Of a stretch of 64,000 nt of DNA, positions 9,022-18,955 are shown in pieces. The notes under the pieces were generated by a model that saw only the letters and a program-made list of their open reading frames with translations, was not told where the DNA came from and searched no databases. The translations under genes were made by a program, and so were the position numbers. This DNA is from a virus: the IMG/VR virus record IMGVR_UViG_3300047160_003189, positions 1,411-65,410 of that record; one strand, 5' to 3'. Within the stretch, counting starts at the first letter, position 1, and each line of letters opens with the position of its first letter.

Positions 9022-9971
9022 CTACGTTCGACTGGAAGACCTTCCTCCGCGACCGAGGTATAGAGTATATCGAAAGCGGCAGGACTGCCACGCGAGGTAA
9101 TATCGCCATCAACTGCCCGATGTGCGGTAATGACCACAGTTTCTACTTGTCTATCTCGACCGAAGGCAAGGGCTGGCACTGTTGGCGTAATCCGGCGCAC
9201 AAAGGCTCAACTGAATACTTGGTGGCAGCTCTTACTCACAGTAGCATCGAGCAAGCCAAGCTGGTAGTTGACAGCGGTGCGGCACTGCCTACCGACTTTC
9301 TATTTACTGTGCATTCATTACTCAGTGAGGACGAGCCGGCGAACATAGAAGTAAAGCCGCGAGAGATGCCTACGGCGTTCCGCTCCTTTACTGACAAGAA
9401 CAGCTTCGTCTACCCATACTTAATCTACTTAAGCCAGCGAGGTATAGACACATTCGATGCCAATCAATTCGGATTGAAGTATTGTGTAGTTGGAGACTAC
9501 GCGGGGCGCATCATCTTCCCGGTCTACTATAAAGGGGAGCTAATGTGCTGGACGGGACGTAGTATATCCCCGAAAACCGCCCTTCGATATAAGACCAGCT
9601 CAACAGAGGACGGGCCGCCGATCACAGACTACTTGCTTTGGCATGACCAACTCCTTGAAGGTGGGCGCGATTTGGTCCTCTGCGAAGGTCCATTTGACAG
9701 TCTGAAAGTCAATGTGCTAGGTTGGCGTTTCGGGGTCAGATCGACTTGCTTCACTACTTCTTTCCCTTCTGACGAGCAAGTCAATAAACTACAGTCTATC
9801 ATCCCTCTCTTCGAGAGAACCATAGTAATCCTTGACGAGGGGATGACACATAATACTCTCCGGCTCAAAGCCAAGCTGGCTACGCACCGGATCAAAGGCG
9901 TCAACCTGATTACTCGCAAAGACCCTGGCGAGCTACAGTCTAGGCGTGAACTATTCGAGTTACTGGGTTAG
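9018..9971 (+). CDS. DNA primase (zinc finger plus TOPRIM)
   Basis: CPMCG...WHCW zinc-binding domain, RIIFPV, LCEGPFD TOPRIM acidic motif. Confidence 0.88.
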   Translation: MTTFDWKTFLRDRGIEYIESGRTATRGNIAINCPMCGNDHSFYLSISTEGKGWHCWRNPAHKGSTEYLVAALTHSSIEQAKLVVDSGAALPTDFLFTVHSLLSEDEPANIEVKPREMPTAFRSFTDKNSFVYPYLIYLSQRGIDTFDANQFGLKYCVVGDYAGRIIFPVYYKGELMCWTGRSISPKTALRYKTSSTEDGPPITDYLLWHDQLLEGGRDLVLCEGPFDSLKVNVLGWRFGVRSTCFTTSFPSDEQVNKLQSIIPLFERTIVILDEGMTHNTLRLKAKLATHRIKGVNLITRKDPGELQSRRELFELLG

Positions 9972-10046
9972 TCCCGGTTAGTAGTCGAGCCATGTTGCCC
10001 ACTCGACTACTTCTATTGGAGGGCAACTTGTTAGGAGAATACGACT

Positions 10047-10730
10047 ATGGCACGTAAGGCAACACCAGCGCCGGCCCCGGTTGTCGAGGAGGAGGTCACC
10101 CTCGAAGAATACTTGCTGCAAGAGACTGGGCAACCTCAGAAGAGCCGGCGCGAGAGCCAGCAGGATTACTTGGTTCGTATTGCCCAAGCCTGCGATCAAC
10201 TGGACGACAACTGGTACAACGCACAAGAAGACGACGCCAAGCAATGGTGCGATGCGGCGGCCCAGGCAGTCAAAGACGGAACTACTGTTCCCGACTTCGA
10301 CGGCACGGTAGAGGAAGAGGAAGCCGAGCCCGAGCCCGCTCCTACTCGCGGTAGAGGTAGGGGTCAGCCGGTGCAACCGGCTCCCGCACCTACTCGCGGA
10401 AGGGCGGCACCGACACCGGAGCCTACTCGCGGGCGCGGTGCTCGTACAGTAGAAGCGGCACCGGAGCCGGCTACTCGCGGACGTGGAGGTAGGGCAGCTC
10501 CCGCCCCGGCTCCTACGCCCGAGCCTGACCATCCAGTAATCAGTACTAACGAGCGGATCATGGAGTTGATTGTCGAAGACCCGCAAATTACTGGCGAAGA
10601 CATCATGGCCAAGCTCGAAGAGGAGCAACATGAGCTTTCCGCATTTGCGGTGTATGCCCTCCGCGCGGAGATATTGAGGTTCCTTAAAGTACTTCAAGAG
10701 TACGGTATGCTGACCGAGAATATGGTGTAA
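10047..10730 (+). CDS. Hypothetical protein with TRGR repeats, possibly nucleic-acid binding
   Basis: Acidic N-terminus; four P(A)TRGR units in a Pro/Ala-rich linker; helical C-terminus. Confidence 0.75.
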   Translation: MARKATPAPAPVVEEEVTLEEYLLQETGQPQKSRRESQQDYLVRIAQACDQLDDNWYNAQEDDAKQWCDAAAQAVKDGTTVPDFDGTVEEEEAEPEPAPTRGRGRGQPVQPAPAPTRGRAAPTPEPTRGRGARTVEAAPEPATRGRGGRAAPAPAPTPEPDHPVISTNERIMELIVEDPQITGEDIMAKLEEEQHELSAFAVYALRAEILRFLKVLQEYGMLTENMV

Positions 10731-10752
10731 GTGTAGCCTAACGGTCAGCGTT

Positions 10753-10797
10753 GCCCCTGGTGCCGGTCCCCTCTCCCGCACCGGGGGCTTCTCTTTT
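10753..10797 (+). terminator. Intrinsic terminator
   Basis: 11-bp GC stem GCCCCTGGTGC/GCACCGGGGGC followed by TTCTCTTTT. Confidence 0.55.
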
Positions 10798-10814
10798 CTC
10801 ATGGGGATAATACT

Positions 10815-11576
10815 ATGTTCCGCAAAGAACAGCTCAGCCACGACGTTACTATATATCTCGCCGACTGTGAGCTAGTCCTGGGGCTTCATGCGAACAAGGT
10901 CGATGCTGTACTAACCGATCCGCCCTACGGTATAGCCGAACAGTTCAAGACCGCGCCGACCTTCAACAAGAAGCGTATGATACGCAACGGCATCGATCCC
11001 AGCGAAGTAATAGACTTGCGCAATTCCTGGGACAGCAAGCCCGACCTTCGCCTTATGTATAAGCTGGTAAAGATGGCCGATGAGGTCATCATCTGGGGCG
11101 GCAACTACTTTGCTCTACCTCCCTCGCGTTGCTGGTTCGTCTGGAACAAGCCCAGACGTAACTTCTCGCTTGGTGATGCAGAGCTGGCCTGGACTAACCT
11201 CAACTCAGTAATCAGGACGTTCGACGGGGACTGGCGCGGCAAGGACGAGCTGATCTTCGGCGAGCATCCTACCCAGAAGCCGGTCGATCTGATGCGCTGG
11301 TGTATCAGTAGAATAGACGGCCACATTATACTGGACCCGTTCATGGGAGCCGGCACTACTGGCGTTGCCGCCGTCAGCATGGGGAGAGGCTTCGTCGGCA
11401 TCGAGAAGGAGCCTAAGTACTTTGAGATCGCCCTGCGCCGGATCGAGAACGCCGTCACCACTCCCCGGTTTATACTAGAGAAGCCTAAGCAACGTAGGCC
11501 GGCGAAGCAGCCGACCTTCTTCCCGAAGTCTACTATAGCAACCAAACGAGTAAGGATAAGTGAGGGACAACGATGA
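10815..11576 (+). CDS. DNA methyltransferase, N6-adenine/N4-cytosine, beta class
   Basis: TDPPYG catalytic motif precedes HPTQKP and [13 protein letters not shown]-binding motif. Confidence 0.92.
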   Translation: MFRKEQLSHDVTIYLADCELVLGLHANKVDAVLTDPPYGIAEQFKTAPTFNKKRMIRNGIDPSEVIDLRNSWDSKPDLRLMYKLVKMADEVIIWGGNYFALPPSRCWFVWNKPRRNFSLGDAELAWTNLNSVIRTFDGDWRGKDELIFGEHPTQKPVDLMRWCISRIDGHIILDPFMGAGTTGVAAVSMGRGFVGIEKEPKYFEIALRRIENAVTTPRFILEKPKQRRPAKQPTFFPKSTIATKRVRISEGQR

Positions 11577-12652
11577 CTAGAGTAAAACTGGACAGCAAGC
11601 CGGGCACCGTTACTTTGCCGCGCCAGGACTTTCTGAGTAGGCTTGAGCTGGTGGAGCCGGCCCTGTCGGACAACAGCGCCTTGCCGATCCTGTCCAACAT
11701 AGTATTCAACAAGACCAGCGTCCTAGCCTACAACGATCTGATCGCAATAGAGGTTCCGTTCGATACTGGTATAGTTGGCGCGGTAGATGGTAAGCTTCTC
11801 ATCAACTTGCTCAAGGCGTCGAGAGCCAAGACAGTAGACTTGCTGGTGGACGACGGGTGTCTTACCATCAAGGCGGCTACTGCTAAGCTCAAGCTGCCGG
11901 TGCTGGACGAGAAGTCTTTCGTATTCAAGATGCCGGAACCCCGAGGAGCCTCGCGAATACTATTCGTGGAGAAGATCGCCGGCCCGGTCGAGCACTGCTT
12001 ACGCTCGATCTCCAAGGATGCGGCCATAGTCGAGCAAAGCGGCGTTACTATGGTATTCGACAAGCAGGGAATAGGGCTATACTCTACAAACGCGCAAAGC
12101 CTCTCCCTGGCCAACGTGAACATGACCGGCAACACCGATCTGCGGATAGCCCTGCCGGCTCCCTTCTGCAAACAACTACTTGGTCTGGCAATCGATGGAG
12201 CCAAGCTGCATGTCTGCAAAGATTACGTGTTGATGACTGCGGGCAACGCCAAGCTGTTCTCTCGGCTTATACTGGTAGACCAGGGCAAGGAGATCAACTA
12301 CCAGAAGGTCATCGACAGCAATATACCAAAGGGCATGAAGCCGGCTCTTCGGCCCAAGACCCTCGACTTGGTAGTAAAGCGGGCCGAGGTCGTGGCCGGC
12401 AAGGAAGGCAGGACGACGATCACCGTGGAACACGGCAAGATGAAGTTCTATACTGCATCAGGTGGCGGCGAGGTCGTAGACTATCTGGAAGCCGACAAGG
12501 CTCAGCCAGACGTAGCCATCTCGGTCCAGCCGAGATATCTTGCGGATACCAACGACTTCAAGTTCATGACAGTAATCAATAGCTGCGTGATCTTCGCCGA
12601 CGACAACAACCGCAACATCTACATGGCTGCAAGCTCTTCGGTGAAATCATGA
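11573..12652 (+). CDS. dnaN: DNA polymerase III beta-type sliding clamp
   Basis: 359 aa; [31 protein letters not shown]...YQKVI match beta-clamp patterns. Confidence 0.8.
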   Translation: MTRVKLDSKPGTVTLPRQDFLSRLELVEPALSDNSALPILSNIVFNKTSVLAYNDLIAIEVPFDTGIVGAVDGKLLINLLKASRAKTVDLLVDDGCLTIKAATAKLKLPVLDEKSFVFKMPEPRGASRILFVEKIAGPVEHCLRSISKDAAIVEQSGVTMVFDKQGIGLYSTNAQSLSLANVNMTGNTDLRIALPAPFCKQLLGLAIDGAKLHVCKDYVLMTAGNAKLFSRLILVDQGKEINYQKVIDSNIPKGMKPALRPKTLDLVVKRAEVVAGKEGRTTITVEHGKMKFYTASGGGEVVDYLEADKAQPDVAISVQPRYLADTNDFKFMTVINSCVIFADDNNRNIYMAASSSVKS

Positions 12653-12659
12653 GAGATAA

Positions 12660-12863
12660 ATGACCAAGAAAAGAGTACAATATGTTGTCTACTACAAAGT
12701 GCAGGACAACTGGATCAAGTATGATCCTGCCTTCGACTTCCTGGCTTCGGCCAAGTTGACGGCAGAGAAGAAGTTCAATCAGGGTGGCTACGATTGGGCT
12801 ATAGTAAAGCAGACCAGGGAAATTGAAGTTGGGGTTGGAACCGGATTAGGAGTTATACTGTGA
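12660..12863 (+). CDS. Hypothetical protein
   Basis: 67 aa in operon, RBS GAGAG. Confidence 0.6.
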   Translation: MTKKRVQYVVYYKVQDNWIKYDPAFDFLASAKLTAEKKFNQGGYDWAIVKQTREIEVGVGTGLGVIL

Positions 12864-13177
12864 CCCAAGCCAAGATGATCCGCATTACTTCCGTCGGCGT
12901 AGTAACCGAGAAAGAACTCGACCATGTGCCAGACTACAAAGAACTCAACGATGCCCTCGACGGCGGCCACATAGAAGTAATCCCACGCTTCAATCGGTTT
13001 CGCGGCGAGCTATGCTACGCCTTCTGCGACGAAGAGGGCAAGCTCAAAGGGCTGCCGTTCAATGCTACTGCTACCAAGTTATGGGAAAGATGCTGGGAAT
13101 ACGCTGGAACACTCGACCATCTCGTCGGACCCATAGTAATAATCGTCGGCTCGCCAGACTTCCTCTCGAAGCTATAG
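12860..13177 (+). CDS. DUF3846-like protein
   Basis: LDGGHIEVIP...FCDEEGKLKGLPFNATAT...LVGPIVII pattern. Confidence 0.7.
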   Translation: MTQAKMIRITSVGVVTEKELDHVPDYKELNDALDGGHIEVIPRFNRFRGELCYAFCDEEGKLKGLPFNATATKLWERCWEYAGTLDHLVGPIVIIVGSPDFLSKL

Positions 13178-13187
13178 GAGGTAATTA

Positions 13188-15713
13188 ATGTCTTTCGCCG
13201 GCCTAAACCTACAAAAGGTCAACAAGGTACGAACCCCTATACAGTACTCAGCGGAGCTGACGGCTAAAGGCTGCGCCGTCTGCCCGCTCAAGTCAGTAGA
13301 GCCTAAGCTCGAACCGACCGGCTCACCCGATCCGGTCATCTACATTATCGGCGAGGCACCGGGCGAGGAAGAGGCTCGCCAGGGAGTACAGTTTATCGGA
13401 TTGTCCGGTCAACTACTCAGGCAGCGCATTCCGCAAGACTGGCTCCCGTTTATACGTTGGAACAACTGCATCCGCTCACGCCCACCCGGCAACCGTGATC
13501 CTGATCCGGTAGAGCTGGCCTGTTGCCGGCCAAGTATAGTAGAAGACATCGAGCGCAGCAAGCCGAGAGCTATCTTCGGCTTCGGCAACGTGCCGCTCAA
13601 CTGGGCTCTCGGCGTTACTGGTATAACCGACTGGAACGGACGCAGGGCACCAGTAAAGATAGGCAATCATACTTGTTGGTACTATGCCTTCCTCCATCCC
13701 GCGGGAATACTGCGGGAGAACAGTGACCGCACCATCCACCCCGGCACTGACTACCACTCGGACAAGGAGTTTGCCTTTGCCTTCGCCTTACAACGAGCTT
13801 TCGAAGAGGTCGAGCATCTGCCCGATCCTATAGTAGACAACGAAGCAGTCGCCAAGGAGGGAGTTGTAGTATTGCGCAAGCCTTCCGAGATCATCAGCGT
13901 TATCGGAAGAGCTTGGAAGCAAACCAGCGTCGGACTGGACTACGAGACGAACGGCTTGCGACCGATGGCGGAAGGCGCGAAGATACTCAGTATAGGCATG
14001 TCCTATCGGCAAGCTCACTACTCTTGGCCGATGCATCACAAGGACGCTGGTTATACCAAGAACGACCTCAGTTGTATCGAAGAGGCTTTCGAGGAGTGGC
14101 TGCATAACAGTAAATGTCGGAAGATCGCCCACAACGCAGCTTTCGAGCAAGAGTGGAGCGGTCACTTCTACGGTTACGACTGCATCAACGATACTTGGGA
14201 GGACACGCAGTCACAAGCCTTCGTGCTCGACGTGCGCCAGGGAGTGATGTCCCTCGACCTGTTGTGCAACTTATACTTTGGGATCAAGGTAAAGTCTTTG
14301 TCGAACCTCGACCGCAAGCGCATGGAAGACTACTCGCTAGACGAGATATTGCCGTATAATGCCATCGATGCAAAGTATTGCAACATGCTGTTCACCGAGC
14401 AAACCGCCGAGCTGTTCAAGCAGGGTCTGGGCGAAGTCTACAAGCAACACATGCGGCGGGTGTCGGCGCTTACTCTCACGCAGCTCAAGGGGGTGCCGAT
14501 CTCGCAGAAGGCCAACGCCAGCCTTCTCGCCAAGTATGAAGGTAGAATAAAGCAACTCGACGCGCAGCTAGCCGCCGATCCCGACATCATCAAGTACAAC
14601 AAGATCAAGCCGAAGACGTTCCGCCCGACCTCGCCGGCTGATACAGTATTCTTGTTCAACAAAGTAATTGGCGGCTATGGCTTGAGCAATGCCGATGTCG
14701 AGGCATTGAACGGAGTAGATCATCCGCTGGTCGAGCCGATTATACAACATAGGAAGGCCAGCAAGGTTGTCTCTACTTACCTGAAACCGTTCACGACCGG
14801 CGCACCGACAATGTATCCTGACGGCAAGGCGCATCCGAGCTACCCGACAACCAGGGTTATTACTAGCAGGACATCCGCCGCTGATCCCAACATCCAGAAC
14901 CAGAACAAGCGCGACCTCGAAAGCAAGGAAGTCCGCTCACAAGTAGTTGCTCCTCTCGGCGACATCATCGTGTCAGTAGACTATGCCAGCATCCAGGCTC
15001 GTAACGTGGCTTGGGAAAGTAAAGACCCGAGCTTGGTGCAGGCTTTCATCGATCACTACGACATTCATCAGGATTGGATGGAGCGGCTAGTAAAACTATA
15101 TCCGAGCTGGATCAAGGAAGGAGTGCGGGCACTGTCCGACAAGAAGCTGAAAGGATCGTATCGGCACAAGGCGAAGAACAAGTTCGTATTCCCGTCATTC
15201 TTCGGGGCGGCTCCATCCTCGATAGCCTCGCATGGTTACTTGAATATCCCGATCAATACTGCCTACGACTTGCAGAACCAGCTATGGTCGAAGTTCGCCG
15301 GGATCAAGCGATGGCAGGATCGCATCAGGAATGACTTCTACTTAAACGGTTACGTTACCGGGTTGAGCGGCTATCGGCGACCGGCACCTACCGCTTATAC
15401 TGAAATAGTCAACTCGCCGATCCAGGCTGACGAGGCGAAGATTGTGATGGAAGCACTAGCTAGGTTGTCGGAGCGTCACATCTGGGACTTGCAACCGATA
15501 CTCGAGGTCCACGATGACATTACTTTCTGCTTCAGCAAGAAGAAGCTAGACTACTATCTACCGACAATATTACAGGACATGCTGCTAGTAGAATACGACT
15601 GGATCATCACTCCGGTGGCGGTTGAGGTATCTATCGGGCCGAACTGGCACGAGCTGGAAGAGATTGGTAAGTTTGAGAGCACTTCTGATGGAGGGTATCG
15701 TGAATACAAGTAA
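13188..15713 (+). CDS. Family A DNA polymerase with N-terminal uracil-DNA-glycosylase domain and 3'-5' exonuclease
   Basis: CAVCPL, IIGEAPG, NCIRSRPPGNRDP, HPAGILR (family-4 UDG); LDYETNG, HNAAFE, YNAID (Exo I-III); DYASIQAR, RHKAKNKFVF, VHDD (PolA motifs). Confidence 0.92.
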   Translation: MSFAGLNLQKVNKVRTPIQYSAELTAKGCAVCPLKSVEPKLEPTGSPDPVIYIIGEAPGEEEARQGVQFIGLSGQLLRQRIPQDWLPFIRWNNCIRSRPPGNRDPDPVELACCRPSIVEDIERSKPRAIFGFGNVPLNWALGVTGITDWNGRRAPVKIGNHTCWYYAFLHPAGILRENSDRTIHPGTDYHSDKEFAFAFALQRAFEEVEHLPDPIVDNEAVAKEGVVVLRKPSEIISVIGRAWKQTSVGLDYETNGLRPMAEGAKILSIGMSYRQAHYSWPMHHKDAGYTKNDLSCIEEAFEEWLHNSKCRKIAHNAAFEQEWSGHFYGYDCINDTWEDTQSQAFVLDVRQGVMSLDLLCNLYFGIKVKSLSNLDRKRMEDYSLDEILPYNAIDAKYCNMLFTEQTAELFKQGLGEVYKQHMRRVSALTLTQLKGVPISQKANASLLAKYEGRIKQLDAQLAADPDIIKYNKIKPKTFRPTSPADTVFLFNKVIGGYGLSNADVEALNGVDHPLVEPIIQHRKASKVVSTYLKPFTTGAPTMYPDGKAHPSYPTTRVITSRTSAADPNIQNQNKRDLESKEVRSQVVAPLGDIIVSVDYASIQARNVAWESKDPSLVQAFIDHYDIHQDWMERLVKLYPSWIKEGVRALSDKKLKGSYRHKAKNKFVFPSFFGAAPSSIASHGYLNIPINTAYDLQNQLWSKFAGIKRWQDRIRNDFYLNGYVTGLSGYRRPAPTAYTEIVNSPIQADEAKIVMEALARLSERHIWDLQPILEVHDDITFCFSKKKLDYYLPTILQDMLLVEYDWIITPVAVEVSIGPNWHELEEIGKFESTSDGGYREYK

Positions 15714-16071
15714 TCGCTGGCCTATGCGTCTCTACGACAAGAACCGGCCCAAGAACGGCATTGGACAACTACTCATGCAAGACGGTAACATCGTACCGAG
15801 CTTCAATCTGGACTTCAGCCCCAACGATAGCAACGTGAGGCTGACGGCTTGGCTGCAATCGAAGGGCAGTGGCAAGTACTCTTATCGACCTTACTACAAG
15901 ACCATGGACATAGCCAGCGTAAAGACTTGGATGCTCGACTTCATTACTGATCCAGAGAAAGCCATCCTCGAGTATTTCGGGTATAGCGTGATGGAAGGAG
16001 AGCCGGCCAAGCCGAGGGAGCGGGTGAGGATCGGCAACGTAGTTTCTATCGGAAGAGTGAGGATCAAGTAA
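15700..16071 (+). CDS. Hypothetical protein with two C-terminal RVRI motifs
   Basis: GTG start after RBS GGAGGG; ends RERVRIGNVVSIGRVRIK. Confidence 0.7.
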   Translation: MNTSNRWPMRLYDKNRPKNGIGQLLMQDGNIVPSFNLDFSPNDSNVRLTAWLQSKGSGKYSYRPYYKTMDIASVKTWMLDFITDPEKAILEYFGYSVMEGEPAKPRERVRIGNVVSIGRVRIK

Positions 16072-17003
16072 TGAGCGAGACTTTCATAAACAAATATAGG
16101 CCAAGGAACTGGATCGATGTCATTGGCCAAAAAGAAGTAGTTAGGTCGCTGCACAAAGCTATTACTGAAAGAGCGGCGCAGACCTTCCTGCTAGCTGGAC
16201 CGAGCGGCACCGGCAAGACTACTCTCGCCAGGATAGCGGCGCACGAAATCGGCGCGGATGGAGCTGACCTCATCGAGATCAACGCAGCTCGCGACACCGG
16301 AGTAGATGCTATGCGAGCCGTGCAAGACCTCATCCGCCATAGACCCTTCACCGGAGGTAGGCGAGCCCTCTTGGTAGACGAAGCGCACCGGCTCAGCGGC
16401 GCGGCATGGGACACGATACTGAAAGACACAGAAGAGCCGCCCGACTTTGCTTACTGGTTCTTCCTCACTACCAATCCAAGCAAAGTACCGAAGACTATTC
16501 GCACCCGCTCATCGGCTTATAATCTACAACTAGTCAGTGAAGCCGAGCTTGGTAAGCTGGTGCAATGGGTCTGCAAGCAAGAGGACATCAAGCTGGCGTC
16601 CGGTGTCCTCGACTTGATAGTGAGGCAAGCCCAAGGTAGTCCGAGGCAAGCCTTGAGCAATCTCGCCATCGCCTACGGCGCAGCAAATCAGACCGAGGCG
16701 GCTAGGCTGTTGGAAGCGGTGCTCGAAACCGATGCGGTGATCGATCTGTGTAGAGCGTTGGCCAGCGGCAATAGTAATCTGATGAAGGTGCAGGCTTTAC
16801 TGCAAAACTTACAGGATGAAAACCCCGAAGCTGTGCGAATAGTAGTAACGGCCTATTTCACCAAGGCGTTCCTCAATGCCACTACTGAAAGACAGGCCAA
16901 GCTCTACTTGAACGTGCTCGACTATTTCGAGCACCCCTATGCCGAGCGAGATGGGCTAGCGCCGCTCATCCTGTCGGCGGCCAGGGTTTTGATCCCTGGG
17001 TAA
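16071..17003 (+). CDS. dnaX: Clamp loader, Pol III gamma/tau-like AAA+ ATPase
   Basis: KYRPRNWIDVIGQ, GPSGTGKTT, EINAA, VDEAH, TIRTR (SRC-like), GSPRQALS. Confidence 0.9.
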   Translation: MSETFINKYRPRNWIDVIGQKEVVRSLHKAITERAAQTFLLAGPSGTGKTTLARIAAHEIGADGADLIEINAARDTGVDAMRAVQDLIRHRPFTGGRRALLVDEAHRLSGAAWDTILKDTEEPPDFAYWFFLTTNPSKVPKTIRTRSSAYNLQLVSEAELGKLVQWVCKQEDIKLASGVLDLIVRQAQGSPRQALSNLAIAYGAANQTEAARLLEAVLETDAVIDLCRALASGNSNLMKVQALLQNLQDENPEAVRIVVTAYFTKAFLNATTERQAKLYLNVLDYFEHPYAERDGLAPLILSAARVLIPG

Positions 17004-17046
17004 TTTCCTTACTTTTCAACGAGTTGACGGGGTATGAAAAAAGTTG

Positions 17047-17077
17047 TTGACACAGAGGGGTATACTCCCCATATAGG
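17047..17077 (+). promoter_or_regulatory. Possible promoter
   Basis: TTGACA followed by a CATATAGG -10-like box; spacing not ideal. Confidence 0.4.
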
Positions 17078-17109
17078 CGATTGCGGCAATTCCGCCGCCG
17101 AGAGGGACT

Positions 17110-17757
17110 ATGACCATGGCTACGACCAAAGCCCGCGTTTCGCGGAAGACACCCGCCCCGACTGCCAAGACGAAGCAGGCGACTACGGCGGCCCCGAAGA
17201 CGAGGACGAAAGTCCAAGTCAAGCCTACCGCCACCGAGGCGGCCCCCAAGCGGGGAGCTACTCGGCAGGCGGCACCCGCCACCCCCGCCAAGGGAAGGGT
17301 TCGCACTACTGCCCCGGTCGCCCAAGAGCGCGAGAAGGCAGTGAGGCGCTCCCATATCGAAGCCGCTGGCGATTACCTCACCGACGCTACCCCCAAGGGC
17401 AAGATCGGCGACTTGATCTCGGCGCTTCACAAGAAGGCGATGACGCTCGATGACATCCAAGACTTTTTGGATGTCGCCCGCAACGCCGCTTCTGCTTCCC
17501 TCTGGCACGTCAAGTGGAAGTACGGTTTTCAGGATATCGTCAAGGGCAAGAACCGCGACGGTAAAACTACTTGGAAGCTGGCCAGCTTGACGCGGGGGAT
17601 ACAGGGGACCAACGGAGCGAAGCCCGCCAAGGGACGCGCCAAGGTCCAGCCGGCTACGCCCGCTCCCGCTGCTACTCGCCAGCGGACGAAGGCGGCACCG
17701 GCAACCCCCGCCCCGGTTACGCCGGCCAAGCGGGTTCGCCAGCGGGTGTCGGCATAA
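17110..17757 (+). CDS. Histone-H1-like basic protein with central winged-helix-like domain
   Basis: Ala/Lys/Thr/Pro-rich arms flank a DUF3489-like segment (KIGDLISALHKKAMTLDDIQDFL...WHVKWKYGF); RBS GAGAGGGAC. Confidence 0.7.
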   Translation: MTMATTKARVSRKTPAPTAKTKQATTAAPKTRTKVQVKPTATEAAPKRGATRQAAPATPAKGRVRTTAPVAQEREKAVRRSHIEAAGDYLTDATPKGKIGDLISALHKKAMTLDDIQDFLDVARNAASASLWHVKWKYGFQDIVKGKNRDGKTTWKLASLTRGIQGTNGAKPAKGRAKVQPATPAPAATRQRTKAAPATPAPVTPAKRVRQRVSA

Positions 17758-17768
17758 CTTACCAAATC

Positions 17769-17796
17769 AGGGAGAGCTTCGGCTCTCCCTTTTTTT
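17769..17796 (+). terminator. Intrinsic terminator
   Basis: AGGGAGAGC-TTCG-GCTCTCCCT followed by a T run. Confidence 0.9.
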
Positions 17797-17847
17797 GTCT
17801 CTGAGAAAACTGATTGCATTTTGCAACTGGTTGCAAAATACTTTCAT

Positions 17848-17876
17848 TTGACCCTATTCCCTAGACGTGCTATAAA
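17848..17876 (+). promoter_or_regulatory. Sigma70-like early promoter
   Basis: TTGACC-N17-TATAAA about 55 nt upstream of hammerhead 1. Confidence 0.7.
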
Positions 17877-17932
17877 GCGGAGCGGTCAACCGACTGCGCG
17901 TTTTTTGACATCGTGAGCCTCCCTCTTTACAA

Positions 17933-17994
17933 GACCGAAACCGGCCGCGCGGAGCGCCGCTGGTCTGGCCGTAGCGCGGCCACTGACGAAGGTC
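17933..17994 (+). ncRNA. Type II hammerhead ribozyme 1
   Basis: GACC-GAAA-CCGG...CTGG-TC-TGGCCG(TAGCG)CGGCCA-CTGACGA-A-GGTC; all three stems pair; GUC cleavage after 17965. Confidence 0.8.
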
Positions 17995-18017
17995 AGTCAA
18001 CAGAGAGGGACTACAAA

Positions 18018-18275
18018 ATGAGTAAGGCACTCAAGAAGCAAAGCCGCACTAATCGTTGGATGGAAGCTGCCTCTAAGGCAGTATCCGCCCTCGAAGAGCT
18101 TGTTGAACTTCAGGAAGAATACTCCGAATGGTTCGACAACATGAATGAGAACTTGCAGAACGGCGCGACTGGCGAGAAGCTGCAAGCCCTCATCGACCTC
18201 GACCTGTCCTCTGCGCTCGATACTGCGCAAGAGGCGGAAGGAGCCGAGTTGCCTCTCGGCTTCGGACGCGACTGA
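18018..18275 (+). CDS. Hypothetical acidic helical early protein
   Basis: RBS GAGAGGGACTAC downstream of hammerhead 1; 85 aa. Confidence 0.8.
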   Translation: MSKALKKQSRTNRWMEAASKAVSALEELVELQEEYSEWFDNMNENLQNGATGEKLQALIDLDLSSALDTAQEAEGAELPLGFGRD

Positions 18276-18286
18276 TCGGGGAGTAA

Positions 18287-18348
18287 GGCCGAAAGGGGCG
18301 GGGAGTAATCCCCGTCTCTCTGACCGTGATGCGGTCACTGACGAGGCC
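18287..18348 (+). ncRNA. Type II hammerhead ribozyme 2
   Basis: GGCC-GAAA-GGGGCGGGGA(GTAA)TCCCCGTCTC-TC-TGACCG(TGATG)CGGTCA-CTGACGA-GGCC; canonical core; CUC cleavage after 18320. Confidence 0.9.
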
Positions 18349-18373
18349 AGTTGTTCTCAAGAGAGGGACTACC

Positions 18374-18709
18374 ATGGACTATCCTCATTACTTGGACGAT
18401 AATGATGAGATCGTCACGTTACCTTACACTTGGGAGATTTGCTCCCATTGTAGGGGACACGGCAAGTCGAGCGCCTATCTCGGAGCCTTCACGCAAAGCG
18501 AGATGGATGAGATGGGACCGGACTTCCGAGAGGACTACATGTCGGGCGGCTACGACAAGCCGTGCGATGTGTGCGACGGCACCGGGAAGGTGCCGGTGAT
18601 CGATGAGGCGCGCTGCAAGCCTGATGACCTCGCACGCTACCGCAAGGATTGCGAAGACGAGGAAGAGTATCAGGCTATGTGTGCGGCCGAGCGGCGCATG
18701 GGGTGTTGA
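18374..18709 (+). CDS. Hypothetical protein with CxxCxGxG zinc-finger-like motifs
   Basis: CSHCRGHG and CDVCDGTG; RBS GAGAGGGACTAC. Confidence 0.8.
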   Translation: MDYPHYLDDNDEIVTLPYTWEICSHCRGHGKSSAYLGAFTQSEMDEMGPDFREDYMSGGYDKPCDVCDGTGKVPVIDEARCKPDDLARYRKDCEDEEEYQAMCAAERRMGC

Positions 18710-18710
18710 G

Positions 18711-18953
18711 ATGATCTTCAAGAGCATCGAAGACTACTCCCGCTGCAAGGTCTGCGGATCGAAGCTGCCCGCTCCTATCCGCGCCTTCGCTGTTCGCAAA
18801 CTACAACCGTCTTGTTGCGGTCATGCCTGTTACCGGCGCGACATCATCAAGCGTTTCGCCTGTTGCGAGGATGCCGAGGTCATGGAGTGCGTTTGCATGT
18901 ATGCTTTCAAGTGCAAGACGCATGGTACTATGCATATCGGGACACATGACTAG
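18711..18953 (+). CDS. Cys-rich small protein
   Basis: CKVC, CCGHAC, CCEDA, CVC, CKTHG. Confidence 0.7.
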   Translation: MIFKSIEDYSRCKVCGSKLPAPIRAFAVRKLQPSCCGHACYRRDIIKRFACCEDAEVMECVCMYAFKCKTHGTMHIGTHD

Positions 18954-18955
18954 GA

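Noticed and set aside
17075-17112. GAGAGGGACT leader like those after the hammerheads (also at about 7038-7051)
   Set aside because: The RBS is shared, but no hammerhead core or stems precede it.
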